Shown here piece after piece: positions 40,013-50,023 of a DNA stretch of 64,000 nucleotides; the stretch's first letter is position 1; every line of letters starts with the position of its first letter. Origin of the DNA: a virus. Location of the stretch: positions 64,001 to 128,000 of the IMG/VR virus record IMGVR_UViG_3300046167_000924, one strand, 5' to 3'. Under the pieces are notes generated by a model that saw only the letters and a list, made by a program, of their open reading frames with translations, ran no database searches and was not told the origin of the DNA. Both the position numbers and the translations under genes were made by a program.

Positions 40013-40771
40013 TTATAAATTAATATATTCTCTAAATAAATATCTTTTACCTGTTTTTGTTGTATGATAAATAAAATCTTGAATTTCTCTAGGAAGTTTT
40101 TCTTGCATCGCTTCATACTCTTTGATGGCTAATGATTTATTATAGTTTGTGGACTTAGGGTGTTTGATGAGGTGATTTGAGTCGCGTATAACGGGCATCT
40201 TATTGATAAAGGACAACGCACACAAGACTATATCCCAACCCCATCCAAATTTATTACCTTCAAATGCTTGATGAATAGATTGAGATGTTAATTCGTTTAA
40301 AACTTCTGGACGAATAAACCAAACTGTCTCGTCGCCATTAGCTATAACTTTTATATTGTCGTGCCTAGTTTCTGCGCCTTGGACGCAGGTTATTCTATCA
40401 TTAGCCCATTCAGTGTTTTCTACAATGGGATAATATATGCCAGCATTATATTCATTCATATAAAAAATAGCATCCTCTACCAACTTATTCCATTTGTCAT
40501 AAGAAACGTCTCCTTGGACGTGAAATAGAATTTTATCTGTATTTCTAAATTTTAGACAGAATTTAAATAAATCAGAAAAATAACAACTATCGAAAACATT
40601 AATCCAATCTGGTTTTTTATTTTCTTGATCACTGTTAATGACTGATACGTTTTCAACTACATCTTTAATTTGATCAACAAGTTCGCAGGTGTTTTCGTAT
40701 TTACCTTTCCAGTTAAATATAACCGCTTCAATTGACTTTTTTTGTACTTTTTGTTGGTTTGGAGTTTTCAT
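40013..40771 (-). CDS. glycosyltransferase-like protein
   Basis: LFHVQGDV...FGWGWDIV; GT-A-like by inference. Confidence 0.5.
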   Translation of the reverse strand: MKTPNQQKVQKKSIEAVIFNWKGKYENTCELVDQIKDVVENVSVINSDQENKKPDWINVFDSCYFSDLFKFCLKFRNTDKILFHVQGDVSYDKWNKLVEDAIFYMNEYNAGIYYPIVENTEWANDRITCVQGAETRHDNIKVIANGDETVWFIRPEVLNELTSQSIHQAFEGNKFGWGWDIVLCALSFINKMPVIRDSNHLIKHPKSTNYNKSLAIKEYEAMQEKLPREIQDFIYHTTKTGKRYLFREYINL

Positions 40772-40937
40772 TGACTGCTTTTATATATTCTGGCAGAAAA
40801 AAATACCAAGCTTCTTGGTCTTCGTTTTCAATTGCTATAATCAGTTCTTTTCTGTAAATTTCTTCCCAATCTTTAGGTGAGTCACATTTTTCGTGACTCG
40901 CGCACCCGAACAAAATAAGAAATAGCAAAAATCGCAC
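40728..40937 (-). CDS. small putative lipoprotein
   Basis: MRFLLFLILFGC leader; GTGTAT 14 nt upstream. Confidence 0.55.
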   Translation of the reverse strand: MRFLLFLILFGCASHEKCDSPKDWEEIYRKELIIAIENEDQEAWYFFLPEYIKAVNENSKPTKSTKKVN

Positions 40938-40950
40938 ATAATATTATACA

Positions 40951-41598
40951 CTATAAAACTACTGTTTTTTCGTGCCCGACTATAATCTTGGGGTCTACAT
41001 ATATGTCATGTCCTTGCTCGATAGCTTTATGGCAAAACGCAACATCTTCCATAGTGAAGTCTGTATATCCTCCGATAGTTTTTCTTATCGGCTCGAACCA
41101 AGGGTATTTTATTGACTCAAAGACGCCTTTTTTGACAAGCATCCAACCCATTCCCACATAATTAACTTTGATTAAAGATTTATCTTTTTCAATATCTTTC
41201 GGAGATAAGAACTGAAAATGACCATTTTTTTCAAAAAACTTTTCATCCCAATCTTTTACGCAAGCAAAATTCTGCCCACCTTCCATAAGGTACAACCCCG
41301 AAGAAATACTTTTTTTGTGCTTCAATAAGTCAAGAAACTGTTTTGGGTTAAATACAATGTCTGAATCTATCCACATGATATAGTCGTAGTCGATTTTGCC
41401 GTCAAATGGCTTTTGATTTTCTCCGCGAGTTACGTCTGCACCAAGACAATTTGTTCGAACATAATATATGTTGCAGCTATAGCGTTGAGATAAAATTGGC
41501 GTGATTCCATTTGCTAAACACGTATGATAAAGCTCTGTCCAGCAAGATAAAAATCTTCCAGAAAAAGATGGGCCAGGTAAACAAAAGATAATTTTCAT
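40951..41598 (-). CDS. GT2-like glycosyltransferase
   Basis: YDYIMWIDSDIVF, VGMGWMLVKKGVFE, YPWF, EDVAFC. Confidence 0.8.
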   Translation of the reverse strand: MKIIFCLPGPSFSGRFLSCWTELYHTCLANGITPILSQRYSCNIYYVRTNCLGADVTRGENQKPFDGKIDYDYIMWIDSDIVFNPKQFLDLLKHKKSISSGLYLMEGGQNFACVKDWDEKFFEKNGHFQFLSPKDIEKDKSLIKVNYVGMGWMLVKKGVFESIKYPWFEPIRKTIGGYTDFTMEDVAFCHKAIEQGHDIYVDPKIIVGHEKTVVL

Positions 41599-42200
41599 GA
41601 TATTAGGTCGCTGTCTATAATTAGTTTTAATTTTTTTGAATGCAATAAACCTGTAGGACTTAGATATTGCCTTCCGAGTCCCACAAAGTCTTCTAAGTTT
41701 GATTCTAGGGAGTTGTTTTCGTAAGATTGATAAATTAATTCGCTACAATATAAACTCTCTACTCCGAGATCAAATAGGGCGTCGTACTCTGCGCCTTCTA
41801 ATGACTTGCATTTTTGAATTGCTTTATCTATAGTGCCTTGATTTAAGTCAGGCCGCAAGATTACAACTCTATCACTTTCTTTGCAGATGTCGAAAAAAGT
41901 ACTTTTTGTATAATCGTCATGTGTCATTTCACTAACTTCCCAATTTTGATCTTTTGATACGCACATAGCTGCATGAGAGAACTCTCCGGGGATTAGGAGC
42001 GTTGTGAGCTTCTTTTTGTCGATAGTTAATATAACATCTCCAGATTTTAGGGAAGAATATAATTTATGATACTTTTTGCCACGAAGTTTTGTATAGTAAG
42101 TAGTAAATCGAATATAAGGAATAACATGCTTCAACATAAACTTATATAGTTTAGTGTGCATAATATAATTTATTGTTATTCTATATAAACTTTTATTCAT
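41595..42200 (-). CDS. permuted papain-like (YiiX/YebB, NlpC/P60) enzyme
   Basis: GDVIL...FSHAAMC...YD...LYCSELIY (His precedes Cys). Confidence 0.85.
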   Translation of the reverse strand: MNKSLYRITINYIMHTKLYKFMLKHVIPYIRFTTYYTKLRGKKYHKLYSSLKSGDVILTIDKKKLTTLLIPGEFSHAAMCVSKDQNWEVSEMTHDDYTKSTFFDICKESDRVVILRPDLNQGTIDKAIQKCKSLEGAEYDALFDLGVESLYCSELIYQSYENNSLESNLEDFVGLGRQYLSPTGLLHSKKLKLIIDSDLIS

Positions 42201-42343
42201 TTATCTCTTTTAATAATTTTAATTGTTTTTCTATATCCTTAATCTCTTGATCTATTTTAGCAGAGTAATTTTTCTTTTTGTTCACCTGTTGAAGTACGCG
42301 AGTTGTTAACTCCGAAAGTTCTTCTGCTAGTTTAAGTAAGATT

Positions 42344-42556
42344 TTATTTTGTTCGTTCATCTAGGTTTATGCCGCGAGCTTCACAATAAGCTAAAGAGTA
42401 TCCTGTTTGAAAACTGAATCTATCTATGTAAAAAATGAACCCCACTATTACGTAGGGCTCCCAGGTTGTGAATCCAATTTTATTAAAAAGTAAAAACGAT
42501 ATAACCAATAAAGGGCAGAACTTGTTTAAACAATAATTGACTATTCCCTGACTCAC
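42344..42556 (-). CDS. small membrane protein
   Basis: Hydrophobic segments. Confidence 0.55.
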   Translation of the reverse strand: MSQGIVNYCLNKFCPLLVISFLLFNKIGFTTWEPYVIVGFIFYIDRFSFQTGYSLAYCEARGINLDERTK

Positions 42557-42789
42557 GAAGCGCGGGTCAAAGAAATAATCCGATCATGCCTAAAAGAGCG
42601 AATTTCGTTTCTAGCAAAACAGAATGCTTTAAACCCAATGTTATTACGCTCTTCGTTTTTATTACCAAAAGACTCGGTTAGCTCTGGGCGACCAATTTCA
42701 TAAGTCTTAACGGCGTTGTCAGCATTTTTATAAACAATAAAGTATTTTTGATTTTTCATTTTTTTGATTTTTGATTTTAAGTTAAACAT
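42553..42789 (-). CDS. stand-alone WYL-like domain protein
   Basis: FKAFCFARNEIRSFRHDRIISL matches the WYL R.FRxDRI motif. Confidence 0.65.
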   Translation of the reverse strand: MFNLKSKIKKMKNQKYFIVYKNADNAVKTYEIGRPELTESFGNKNEERNNIGFKAFCFARNEIRSFRHDRIISLTRAS

Positions 42790-42834
42790 GCTTGTATTAT
42801 ACTATATAATGGATTGTATGTCAAGAGAAAAAAA

Positions 42835-43263
42835 TTAATTTCCTGTACTTCCGAATCCTCCTTCTCCGCGATCAGTCTCTGATAGTTCTTCAACTTCTTC
42901 GATATCCACCCAAGGAAGCTTCATTATAATTAATTGGGCTATTTTATCTCCGTTTTTGTAATTTTTAGCGCCCAAGGCGGGGATACTCATTCTAACTTTA
43001 ATTTCTCCCCTATAACCCGAATCAATAACTCCAACAGAGTTCCTTAGATAATGATCTGTATTGGATATGCTTGACCTTGGGAAAATATATCCCACATAAC
43101 CTTTTGGTAATTCTATTGCCAAGTCTGTTCCGTATTCAACGAAATAACCATTGCTCATGGTCGTAGTTGCTACCAAATCAATTCCTGCGTCGCCTTTTTT
43201 TGCGTAACTAGGAATCGATGCTCTGTCATCTAGTTTTTTAATTTTTAATTTAATTTTATCCAT
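42835..43263 (-). CDS. dut: trimeric dUTPase
   Basis: AGIDL, PRSS, GVIDSGYRGEI, AQL, RGEGGFGSTG. Confidence 0.97.
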   Translation of the reverse strand: MDKIKLKIKKLDDRASIPSYAKKGDAGIDLVATTTMSNGYFVEYGTDLAIELPKGYVGYIFPRSSISNTDHYLRNSVGVIDSGYRGEIKVRMSIPALGAKNYKNGDKIAQLIIMKLPWVDIEEVEELSETDRGEGGFGSTGN

Positions 43264-43336
43264 TTTTGTTCTTTTTAAATATTTTGTTGTGTATTACGCG
43301 AGGCTTTCTGTCGAAAATTTTTTTTCAGATTTGGGC

Positions 43337-43927
43337 TTATTTTATTCTCACTTCTTTCCATGAAACTAATTTTGCATTAACTAAATCTCTAATGTGTCTT
43401 TGCTTCTGACTGAGTTGGCTGTTGCCGCTCTTCACTTCAATAAAAGTTATCTCATCATCTCCGAATGAAATATAATCTATGGGTTGCCCCAAGAAGGAAC
43501 ACTTCTCTGGCTCAAAATCAAACTGATCTAAAAACGGTGCAAGCGTTTCTGCTATATGTCCCAATCTAACTTCACCGCTTTTCTTTTGCGATAAAACTTT
43601 TTTTCGAGCAATAGTTTCTTCGTCTAATTTTTTTTCCAACTCTTGTTTTTTTTGAATAAGCTCCGACTCTTTCTTTTTGAATTCAGAATTACTCGTTGAC
43701 GTAATACTCTGTTGTTTAGATATGGTAGATTGAAGCTGCTGAATAGTTCTATTCAAGTTCTTCTCCCTTTCTTCGACAGAAGATACTCTTTCGTTAAGTT
43801 TTATTCGCAAGAATTCATTTTCTTGACGAAGGCTTTCCTCTAAGTCGTTGCTAGGTTCTCTTTCTTGCCTTCCGAAAACCAAATAAAGAATGGCGCAGAT
43901 CGAGCAAAATAATAAAAACTCAATCAT
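43337..43927 (-). CDS. Holliday-junction-resolvase-like endonuclease with N-terminal TM helix and coiled coil
   Basis: GHIAETLAPFL...FLGQPIDYISF...FIEVKSGNSQLSQKQRHIRD. Confidence 0.85.
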   Translation of the reverse strand: MIEFLLFCSICAILYLVFGRQEREPSNDLEESLRQENEFLRIKLNERVSSVEEREKNLNRTIQQLQSTISKQQSITSTSNSEFKKKESELIQKKQELEKKLDEETIARKKVLSQKKSGEVRLGHIAETLAPFLDQFDFEPEKCSFLGQPIDYISFGDDEITFIEVKSGNSQLSQKQRHIRDLVNAKLVSWKEVRIK

Positions 43928-44348
43928 TTAATTCCTCCACTTTTATTCCGGCTTTTTTTATTAATTCGATTCCCGCGTTACTTTTGTAGAATTCACTATA
44001 TACCACTCTTTTAATTTTTGATTGTATTATCAATTTCGCACAGTCTACGCATGGGGCAGCTGTTATATACATTGTTGCTCCGTCGCTTGATTGTGTTGAT
44101 TTTGCTAACTTGGTGATCGCATTACTTTCTGCATGTAGCACTTCGGGTCTAGTTACAAGTTGACCAAAATAATCTTTGTCTTCGCATTTATTACTAAATC
44201 CAGTAGGGGTTCCATTATAGCCGTCAGATATAATCGCTTGGTCTTTAACTATCAGACAGCCAACCTGTTTCCTTTTGGCTTTTGATAAAGTCGCCCAAAC
44301 ATGAGCCATTTTTATATAAGCTTGATCTAGATCTGACTGATCGGCCAT
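43920..44348 (-). CDS. dCMP deaminase
   Basis: GYNGTP, HAESNAI, PCVDCAKLIIQ. Confidence 0.93.
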   Translation of the reverse strand: MADQSDLDQAYIKMAHVWATLSKAKRKQVGCLIVKDQAIISDGYNGTPTGFSNKCEDKDYFGQLVTRPEVLHAESNAITKLAKSTQSSDGATMYITAAPCVDCAKLIIQSKIKRVVYSEFYKSNAGIELIKKAGIKVEELND

Positions 44349-44349
44349 T

Positions 44350-44841
44350 TTACTTTTTCCAAAGTTGAAAAGATTTGAATTGCTTTAGGTCTTCAATTGC
44401 AACCTGAGTAATTTCTTCTTTTTTACCTTTTCTTTTGTAAATTTTATACTTCGCCTGTTTAGCTAGAGAAACAAACGGCAAGTCGTATCTAATTTTTTTG
44501 CTACTACCTAACCAATCGACAAGCTCTTTCCTGTTGACTATAACAAAATCATAAACTCTTTCGAAAGCAATAAAATCTGCGTCTCCGTGCACCCACCCAG
44601 GCTCTCCGTTTGAATTTTTAAATTCAATCCATAGCCAAGACTGACTCTGCTTTTTGTTTTTAAGTTTCTTAACATCAAATCTTAACATTAAGGCTTTTCC
44701 CTCTTTCCCTTTAGCCTTTAAGATATGCGTTACGTTTTTTATTTCATTTTGATGGCGGGGGACAAATTCAGGAGAGTACCCCCTGTTTGTTGAAAGGTCT
44801 TCAAATGAAACTCTGGAATCTTGGCTCGGAAGTTCTTCCAT
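44350..44841 (-). CDS. PD-(D/E)xK-fold phage nuclease-like protein
   Basis: RFDVK...WLWIEFKN...PGWVHGDADFIAFE. Confidence 0.6.
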   Translation of the reverse strand: MEELPSQDSRVSFEDLSTNRGYSPEFVPRHQNEIKNVTHILKAKGKEGKALMLRFDVKKLKNKKQSQSWLWIEFKNSNGEPGWVHGDADFIAFERVYDFVIVNRKELVDWLGSSKKIRYDLPFVSLAKQAKYKIYKRKGKKEEITQVAIEDLKQFKSFQLWKK

Positions 44842-45034
44842 TACCTAATTTTTGATGGGTTTTCAGTTGCAACCACTTTAACTTTTCGGGCGTCCGGATC
44901 TTTCCATTGCTTGAGTACCGATACAAGCTTCTCTGCCCTTGCGTTCGCGTCATCTTTTGATGAATAATTTCTATCTTCAGTTCTTCTTGAATTTCTTGTG
45001 ACTACGTATACTGTTTTTTTTGTGTTCATATATA

Positions 45035-45985
45035 TTATATAATGTTTTTGACTAAATTAAGGCCGTTTTTTGTTATTTTTCTTTCTCCGTCTATTTGAAT
45101 AAAATTTCTTCTAAGGAGATACACTTCATGATCTCTCCTAAGCGCCGTTGGACTCAAGCCTGTTACCGCTGATAGCGTCTGAAGCTTGCAGCTTCCTCTG
45201 TCCGCTAAAATCTGTAATATTTGTTTTTCTGTACAGGTAATTCCTTCTGGAAGAATTCCTAATAGGTCAACAAGGTTATTAAAGTCTTGCAGCTCAAAAG
45301 TGTTTTGGTTTTCGCTCTCGCAATAAAGGGTAATTTCTTTTGATCTCATTACTGCATTTCTTGCGTTACCCCTAACAGTAGAAGACAATAATTTTAAGCC
45401 TTCATCTGAGAAGTTAATGCCATCGCAATTTAACTTGACGATTTCTCCTAAATTATCAGAAGAGTATTGTTCAAAATCAACTGTAGTTAATCTATCCTTT
45501 AGCGGGGGAAATAATTTATCACTTTCTGTAGTGGCGAATATAAAAGTTTGCTTGGTAAAATCAAATGTAAAAGTTTGATCTTCAAAAGTAAAATCTTTTG
45601 TGTTAGTTTTTTCTGTATTGAATATGGTTAAGAATGCCATCGTCAAATCTTTCGGCAGGGCGTGAGCTTCATCGAATAAAATGGTGATCTCATTGTTCAT
45701 AATAATCGGAATAAAAATCTGCTCAAAGAATTGTTCGTTGTTCTTGATCGTCGAGCAATTTAATTCTAAGAATGGGCGTTTTGCTCCGTCTTTATTTTTT
45801 AAATTTTTAGCAAACTCTTTTGCGAATAGAGTTTTACCCAAACCTTTTGCTCCAACTAAATTTAGGAATGGGCAAGTGCTTGTTGCATTATAAGCCTTAA
45901 GATAGAAGTTTAACTTCTTCTTTACGTTTTCTTGCCCAATTAAATGAGAAAAATAATTATTCATCGTCGAAGTCTGTAAGGGCAT
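45035..45985 (-). CDS. ruvB: RuvB-like Holliday junction branch-migration ATPase
   Basis: LIGQENVKKKL, Walker A GAKGLGKT, Walker B ILFDEAH, ATTE, PLKDR, RGNAR, C-terminal winged helix. Confidence 0.85.
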   Translation of the reverse strand: MPLQTSTMNNYFSHLIGQENVKKKLNFYLKAYNATSTCPFLNLVGAKGLGKTLFAKEFAKNLKNKDGAKRPFLELNCSTIKNNEQFFEQIFIPIIMNNEITILFDEAHALPKDLTMAFLTIFNTEKTNTKDFTFEDQTFTFDFTKQTFIFATTESDKLFPPLKDRLTTVDFEQYSSDNLGEIVKLNCDGINFSDEGLKLLSSTVRGNARNAVMRSKEITLYCESENQNTFELQDFNNLVDLLGILPEGITCTEKQILQILADRGSCKLQTLSAVTGLSPTALRRDHEVYLLRRNFIQIDGERKITKNGLNLVKNII

Positions 45986-47247
45986 ATTCTATTTTATCTT
46001 CCACAGATTGAGCTTCACTAAAATCGTGAGATGTGGTTTTGTTTACTAAATAATTTGCGTACAACCTGCCCTTTACCCAGTCTTCGCTAACTGGAATTTT
46101 TAAAACTTGATCTGACGCAAGCTTTGCAATTTCTTCAATAGACAAGGATACAGTCGGGGCTGCCGCTGATTTACTGTGGCGACGTCTCCTAGGAGTGCCG
46201 TCTTTGTTTAGTGAGATTTTTTTCATATGACACTATTATGCCATAATACTCGCTAAATGTCAAGAGCAATCTTTAACTAATTTTTTTCTTTTGAAGTTCA
46301 AGCATTTCTTTTTTTAACTGCTCTATAGAAGAGTTTTGCTCACTAATTAAGTCCTTTAAGTTGTCTATTTCGTTTAAGGCTAAAATTAGCGCGTCGTCTG
46401 GCTCGAAGCACACTTCGAATTCTTCATCATCATCTTCATTCATAATTTTTTAATATATTGGGTGAATAAATTTAATCCTATTTGATACTTTTTTTCAAGT
46501 ATTTGCCTCTTCCCTGGAGAAGAAGGTTTAAGTGGCTGCTTTAATTCTTTAAATGCTATATAGATTTGAATCAGTATTTTCTTCCACTCTTGCTTTGAGA
46601 GTTCTTCTGGTCGGTCGTTTAAGTTTTTCTTTCTTTTTAAAACTTGCTTGATAACAAGATTGCATAACTGTTCGTCAAAGGGCTTTGTGCTTTCAACTTC
46701 AATATAAACCTTTTCAACCTTTGTTTCGATTTGTTTTTCAACAATTTTTTCAGGCTTTGTTTTTTTTTGTTTTGGTTTTTCTTCTTTTTTTCTAAAGAAG
46801 TTTATTACTTTTTTAAATATATTCATTTTCAATTTGACTCCAATGAAATTGTATTTGATCTATGTCTATAGGCAGAAGATTCCATACTTCACAATTAAAT
46901 GTATTTTTGTTTGTCCAATCCATTGTATTTTTTATTAAGTACACATGTTTAATGTTGTCGAATTCTCCGAAATCATAATAAAGGCATTCCATTTCTAGTC
47001 TATTTTTTCTGAGCGCTTGACACCTCACTGTTGGACTATACTTTGAGAAGCCCCCTATTAATTTATGATAAAATCTTTTGGGGAAATAAATATTATTTTC
47101 AAAATAAATGTCATTTATATTGTCTCCGTTTCTTGCTAAACCAGACATTAAAACTACATCCGAGAATGACTTATGAAAAGAGTCTAACAGGTCATAAAAA
47201 AGTATAGTTGCACTATCGGTAAAGACAAACTTTTTTATATTTTTCAT
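45957..47247 (-). other. hypothetical ORFs (45957-46226, 46440-46832, 46813-47247)
   Basis: Co-oriented ORFs. Confidence 0.6.
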
Positions 47248-47251
47248 AAAA

Positions 47252-47639
47252 TGGTGGACGCGGCGGGAGTCGAACCCGCGTCTTTAAATTTTTAATAATA
47301 CTCGTCTACAAGTTTAGTTAATTTTTTTTATAGTTATGATATTAACATCTAACTTATTGTTTCAATTATTTGCCCCCGAATAATTCAGTGAACTACAGTT
47401 TATTAACAATAAAACCTTTTCTGTTTTGCAGATGAATGACCCCTCGTCTGTGTTATCTGCGTCAAACAGGGAGAGGAAGCAGGCTTAAGCTGCTAATGCG
47501 AGCTTTTCAGCTTTTGGGCTGAAAGCTACAACACGACTTTTATTTTTGCCATGTAAGAAAACGTGCCTTTTAACGAAGCCTGGCACCTCTTCGACTTGCG
47601 GGGTACAAATCCAATTTAAATCGAATCCAGTACGCGCCC
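47252..47639 (-). ncRNA. ssrA: tmRNA (one-piece, 388 nt)
   Basis: 5' GGGCGCGTACTGGATTCGA and 3' GCGGGTTCGACTCCCGCCGCGTCC-ACCA; acceptor stem has G3-U70. Tag frame 47485-47550 encodes GKNKSRVVAFSPKAEKLALAA*. Confidence 0.95.
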
Positions 47640-47659
47640 ATTAAAATGTTAAAGAACAA

Positions 47660-47845
47660 TTACTTATTTGAATTCTTGCCAAGATCTGCCAGACCTTGCC
47701 CGAGAATATAAGCAACAATAGGAGTTACGATCTGCATGACTACGTCTTGGGTAAGACCAAGGTCATAAGCGTAATTAAGAATGGGCACTGCAGTAGCTAC
47801 TGCAGATGCCCAAAACTTTTTACTATGCCAGAATGGTTTTTCCAT
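47660..47845 (-). CDS. holin-like membrane protein
   Basis: KPFWHSKKFWASAV...two hydrophobic helices...YILGQGLAD. Confidence 0.65.
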   Translation of the reverse strand: MEKPFWHSKKFWASAVATAVPILNYAYDLGLTQDVVMQIVTPIVAYILGQGLADLGKNSNK

Positions 47846-47864
47846 AGCGTATTATTACACTTTA

Positions 47865-48200
47865 TTAGAACAATTCTTCTGGAACTTCCTCATCAACTTG
47901 AGCTGCAGCCTGAGTTGCTACTTCTTGAGTTGCTTGCTCTGCTGTTTTTTCAACTTGAGTTTTTTGAGACTCGGCGTCTTCAGAACGATAAACTACGTAA
48001 TCTGGAGCTCTCTCGTTCTTGTCTCTACCCTTGTTTGTGAATACTACCACCTTGATGGTTTCTTCTACTCCAGGCATGGTTTCCATTTTGATTTGACCCG
48101 ATAGGTACTTTTGACTTTTTCCAGAACGAACCCATAATGCTCCTAGCTCTCTACTTTTCCACTCTGACTGTTTTTCTGACTGTTTTTCTGTATTTTCCAT
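47865..48200 (-). CDS. DUF736-like protein (possible ssDNA binder with acidic tail)
   Basis: ELGALW...YLSGQI...VVFTN...PDYVVY, ending VDEEVPEELF. Confidence 0.6.
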   Translation of the reverse strand: MENTEKQSEKQSEWKSRELGALWVRSGKSQKYLSGQIKMETMPGVEETIKVVVFTNKGRDKNERAPDYVVYRSEDAESQKTQVEKTAEQATQEVATQAAAQVDEEVPEELF

Positions 48201-48415
48201 AATTAATTTTTGTTGTATAAATTTTCTAATTGTTTAATAAATAAAGGTTTTGCTCCTTGTGATAATTTGTTGTATTGTTTTTTAGCTCGAGAATATACTC
48301 TCTTACTTGTTTCGTCCGAACAATTTGGATCGAAGTTTAAAATTTTTCTTATTTGTTTTGCTACTGTGTTGTTCATGGGATTGATTATACTATATATTTT
48401 GTAATATGTCAAGTA

Positions 48416-48940
48416 TTAATTTAATGTTTTGAAATATTGTATAGCCGCGGGTTCATAACTATTGCGGGTATAGTAGTTTTTTATGCCTGAATTTTTTTCT
48501 TTTGTGAAGTTATGTAGTTGCGGGTCTCTTGATATAGACATAACCTTAAAGCCTGACCTTTTTGCGTAATTCTCCGCAGTTTTAAGCAGTTCGATCATTA
48601 TTTTTTTATGTTTAATTGTTGATGCATATTTCCCAGGAACCTGCCATAATATTTCTTCAAATATTTTTTCATTCATCATAAAGTTTTTATTACCCGAAAA
48701 AACGCAACCCGCTAAACTGCGACCATTTTCCTCGAAAGACCATAGCTTTATGAAAGGTAATATTTCTCCTGTTTGTAATGTGGAAATAAATAAAGATTTT
48801 AAGTTTTTTTCTATAGAGTCTGGGTCGAAGTGCCTTCCTTGTCTGCAAGATTGATGAGTCCAGAATATTTTATTTTCTGGGCAATTCCATTCTCTAGCTA
48901 GTTTGTCAAAATGATTTATTGATTTTACTTCTTTTATCAT
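48416..48940 (-). CDS. possible GNAT-fold protein
   Basis: EEILW...MIELLKTAENYAKRSGFKVMSI...YYTRNSY pattern; weak. Confidence 0.4.
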   Translation of the reverse strand: MIKEVKSINHFDKLAREWNCPENKIFWTHQSCRQGRHFDPDSIEKNLKSLFISTLQTGEILPFIKLWSFEENGRSLAGCVFSGNKNFMMNEKIFEEILWQVPGKYASTIKHKKIMIELLKTAENYAKRSGFKVMSISRDPQLHNFTKEKNSGIKNYYTRNSYEPAAIQYFKTLN

Positions 48941-49914
48941 ACCTTTGTAAATTCTACCGAATCAAAAGCCTTAATGCTATGTCCGCCAGCGTAACTAATT
49001 GCACTTTGAATATCTTCACTGATTTCTTCAAGCTTTCTCTCGTAGGTCATCCTATTATCTTCAATTGCATTTAGTTTGCCTTCTATATGGTTGAGACGCC
49101 CTTTGTTTTCGTAACTCGCCGAACCGTAATAACCTTTTAGATAGTCTCCATTAAATTTTATAAGCTTAGCTGGGCTATCTGTACACGCTGCAAATAAGCC
49201 TCCAGCCATAACCATTCTTGCTCCTGCAACTAAAGCTTTAGCTACATCTCCGTTGCAAGAGACTCCTCCGTCTGCTATAATTGGAATTTTTTCGCAATCT
49301 TTACCTTCAAAATCTCCGCTATATAAGTTGGAGCAAGATTGAGTACAAGAAAACATGGGTACTGTAAATCCAGTTTTGTCTTTCGTAGTGCAAGGTGAAC
49401 CTTGCCCGACTCCAACCTTAACCATATCTGCGCCCCACCGACTTAGATCTTTAACTGCCTGAGGTGTTGCAACATTTCCTGCAATTATTTTTGTATCAGG
49501 TAAATTATCTTTTACAAATTCTATCATTCTTTTCATTTTTATTGAATGACCATGCGCAATATCTATTGTTAAAAAATCTAATCTTAATTTATTGGTTCTT
49601 AATTTATGTATAATTGTTTTATCTTTATCTTGAACTCCTATACTAAAAGATATTGTTTTCCAATTTTCTTCGTTTGCAATTGCAATGTCTTCTGGTATAT
49701 CATTATTAAATCTATGCATAATATAGAAGTAATCATTTTCGCTCATCCACCTTGATAGATTAAAGTCTATTACGGATTTCATGTTAGCGGGAATAATTGG
49801 CAGTCTATATTGTTTGCCGAATAATTTGATTGATGCGTCGCAGTTATCTCTACTTTCGCATTCGCTGTAGTTTGGAACTAATGCTATATCAGAATATTTA
49901 TATGCTTCATTCAT
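48937..49914 (-). CDS. guaC: GMP reductase
   Basis: PANM, TIDIAHGHS, IAGNV, KVGVGQGSPCTT, IIADGG, GSAS, ISEDIQSAISYAG. Confidence 0.93.
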   Translation of the reverse strand: MNEAYKYSDIALVPNYSECESRDNCDASIKLFGKQYRLPIIPANMKSVIDFNLSRWMSENDYFYIMHRFNNDIPEDIAIANEENWKTISFSIGVQDKDKTIIHKLRTNKLRLDFLTIDIAHGHSIKMKRMIEFVKDNLPDTKIIAGNVATPQAVKDLSRWGADMVKVGVGQGSPCTTKDKTGFTVPMFSCTQSCSNLYSGDFEGKDCEKIPIIADGGVSCNGDVAKALVAGARMVMAGGLFAACTDSPAKLIKFNGDYLKGYYGSASYENKGRLNHIEGKLNAIEDNRMTYERKLEEISEDIQSAISYAGGHSIKAFDSVEFTKV

Positions 49915-50023
49915 TTAAAATCTTCATCTTCTTTTTGTTGTTTAATCCAAAACAATGCACCGAGTATCCCAAAGACCAAAAAATCTCCTGGAAAAAATTC
50001 AAATGTTGCTGCTAGAACTTCCA

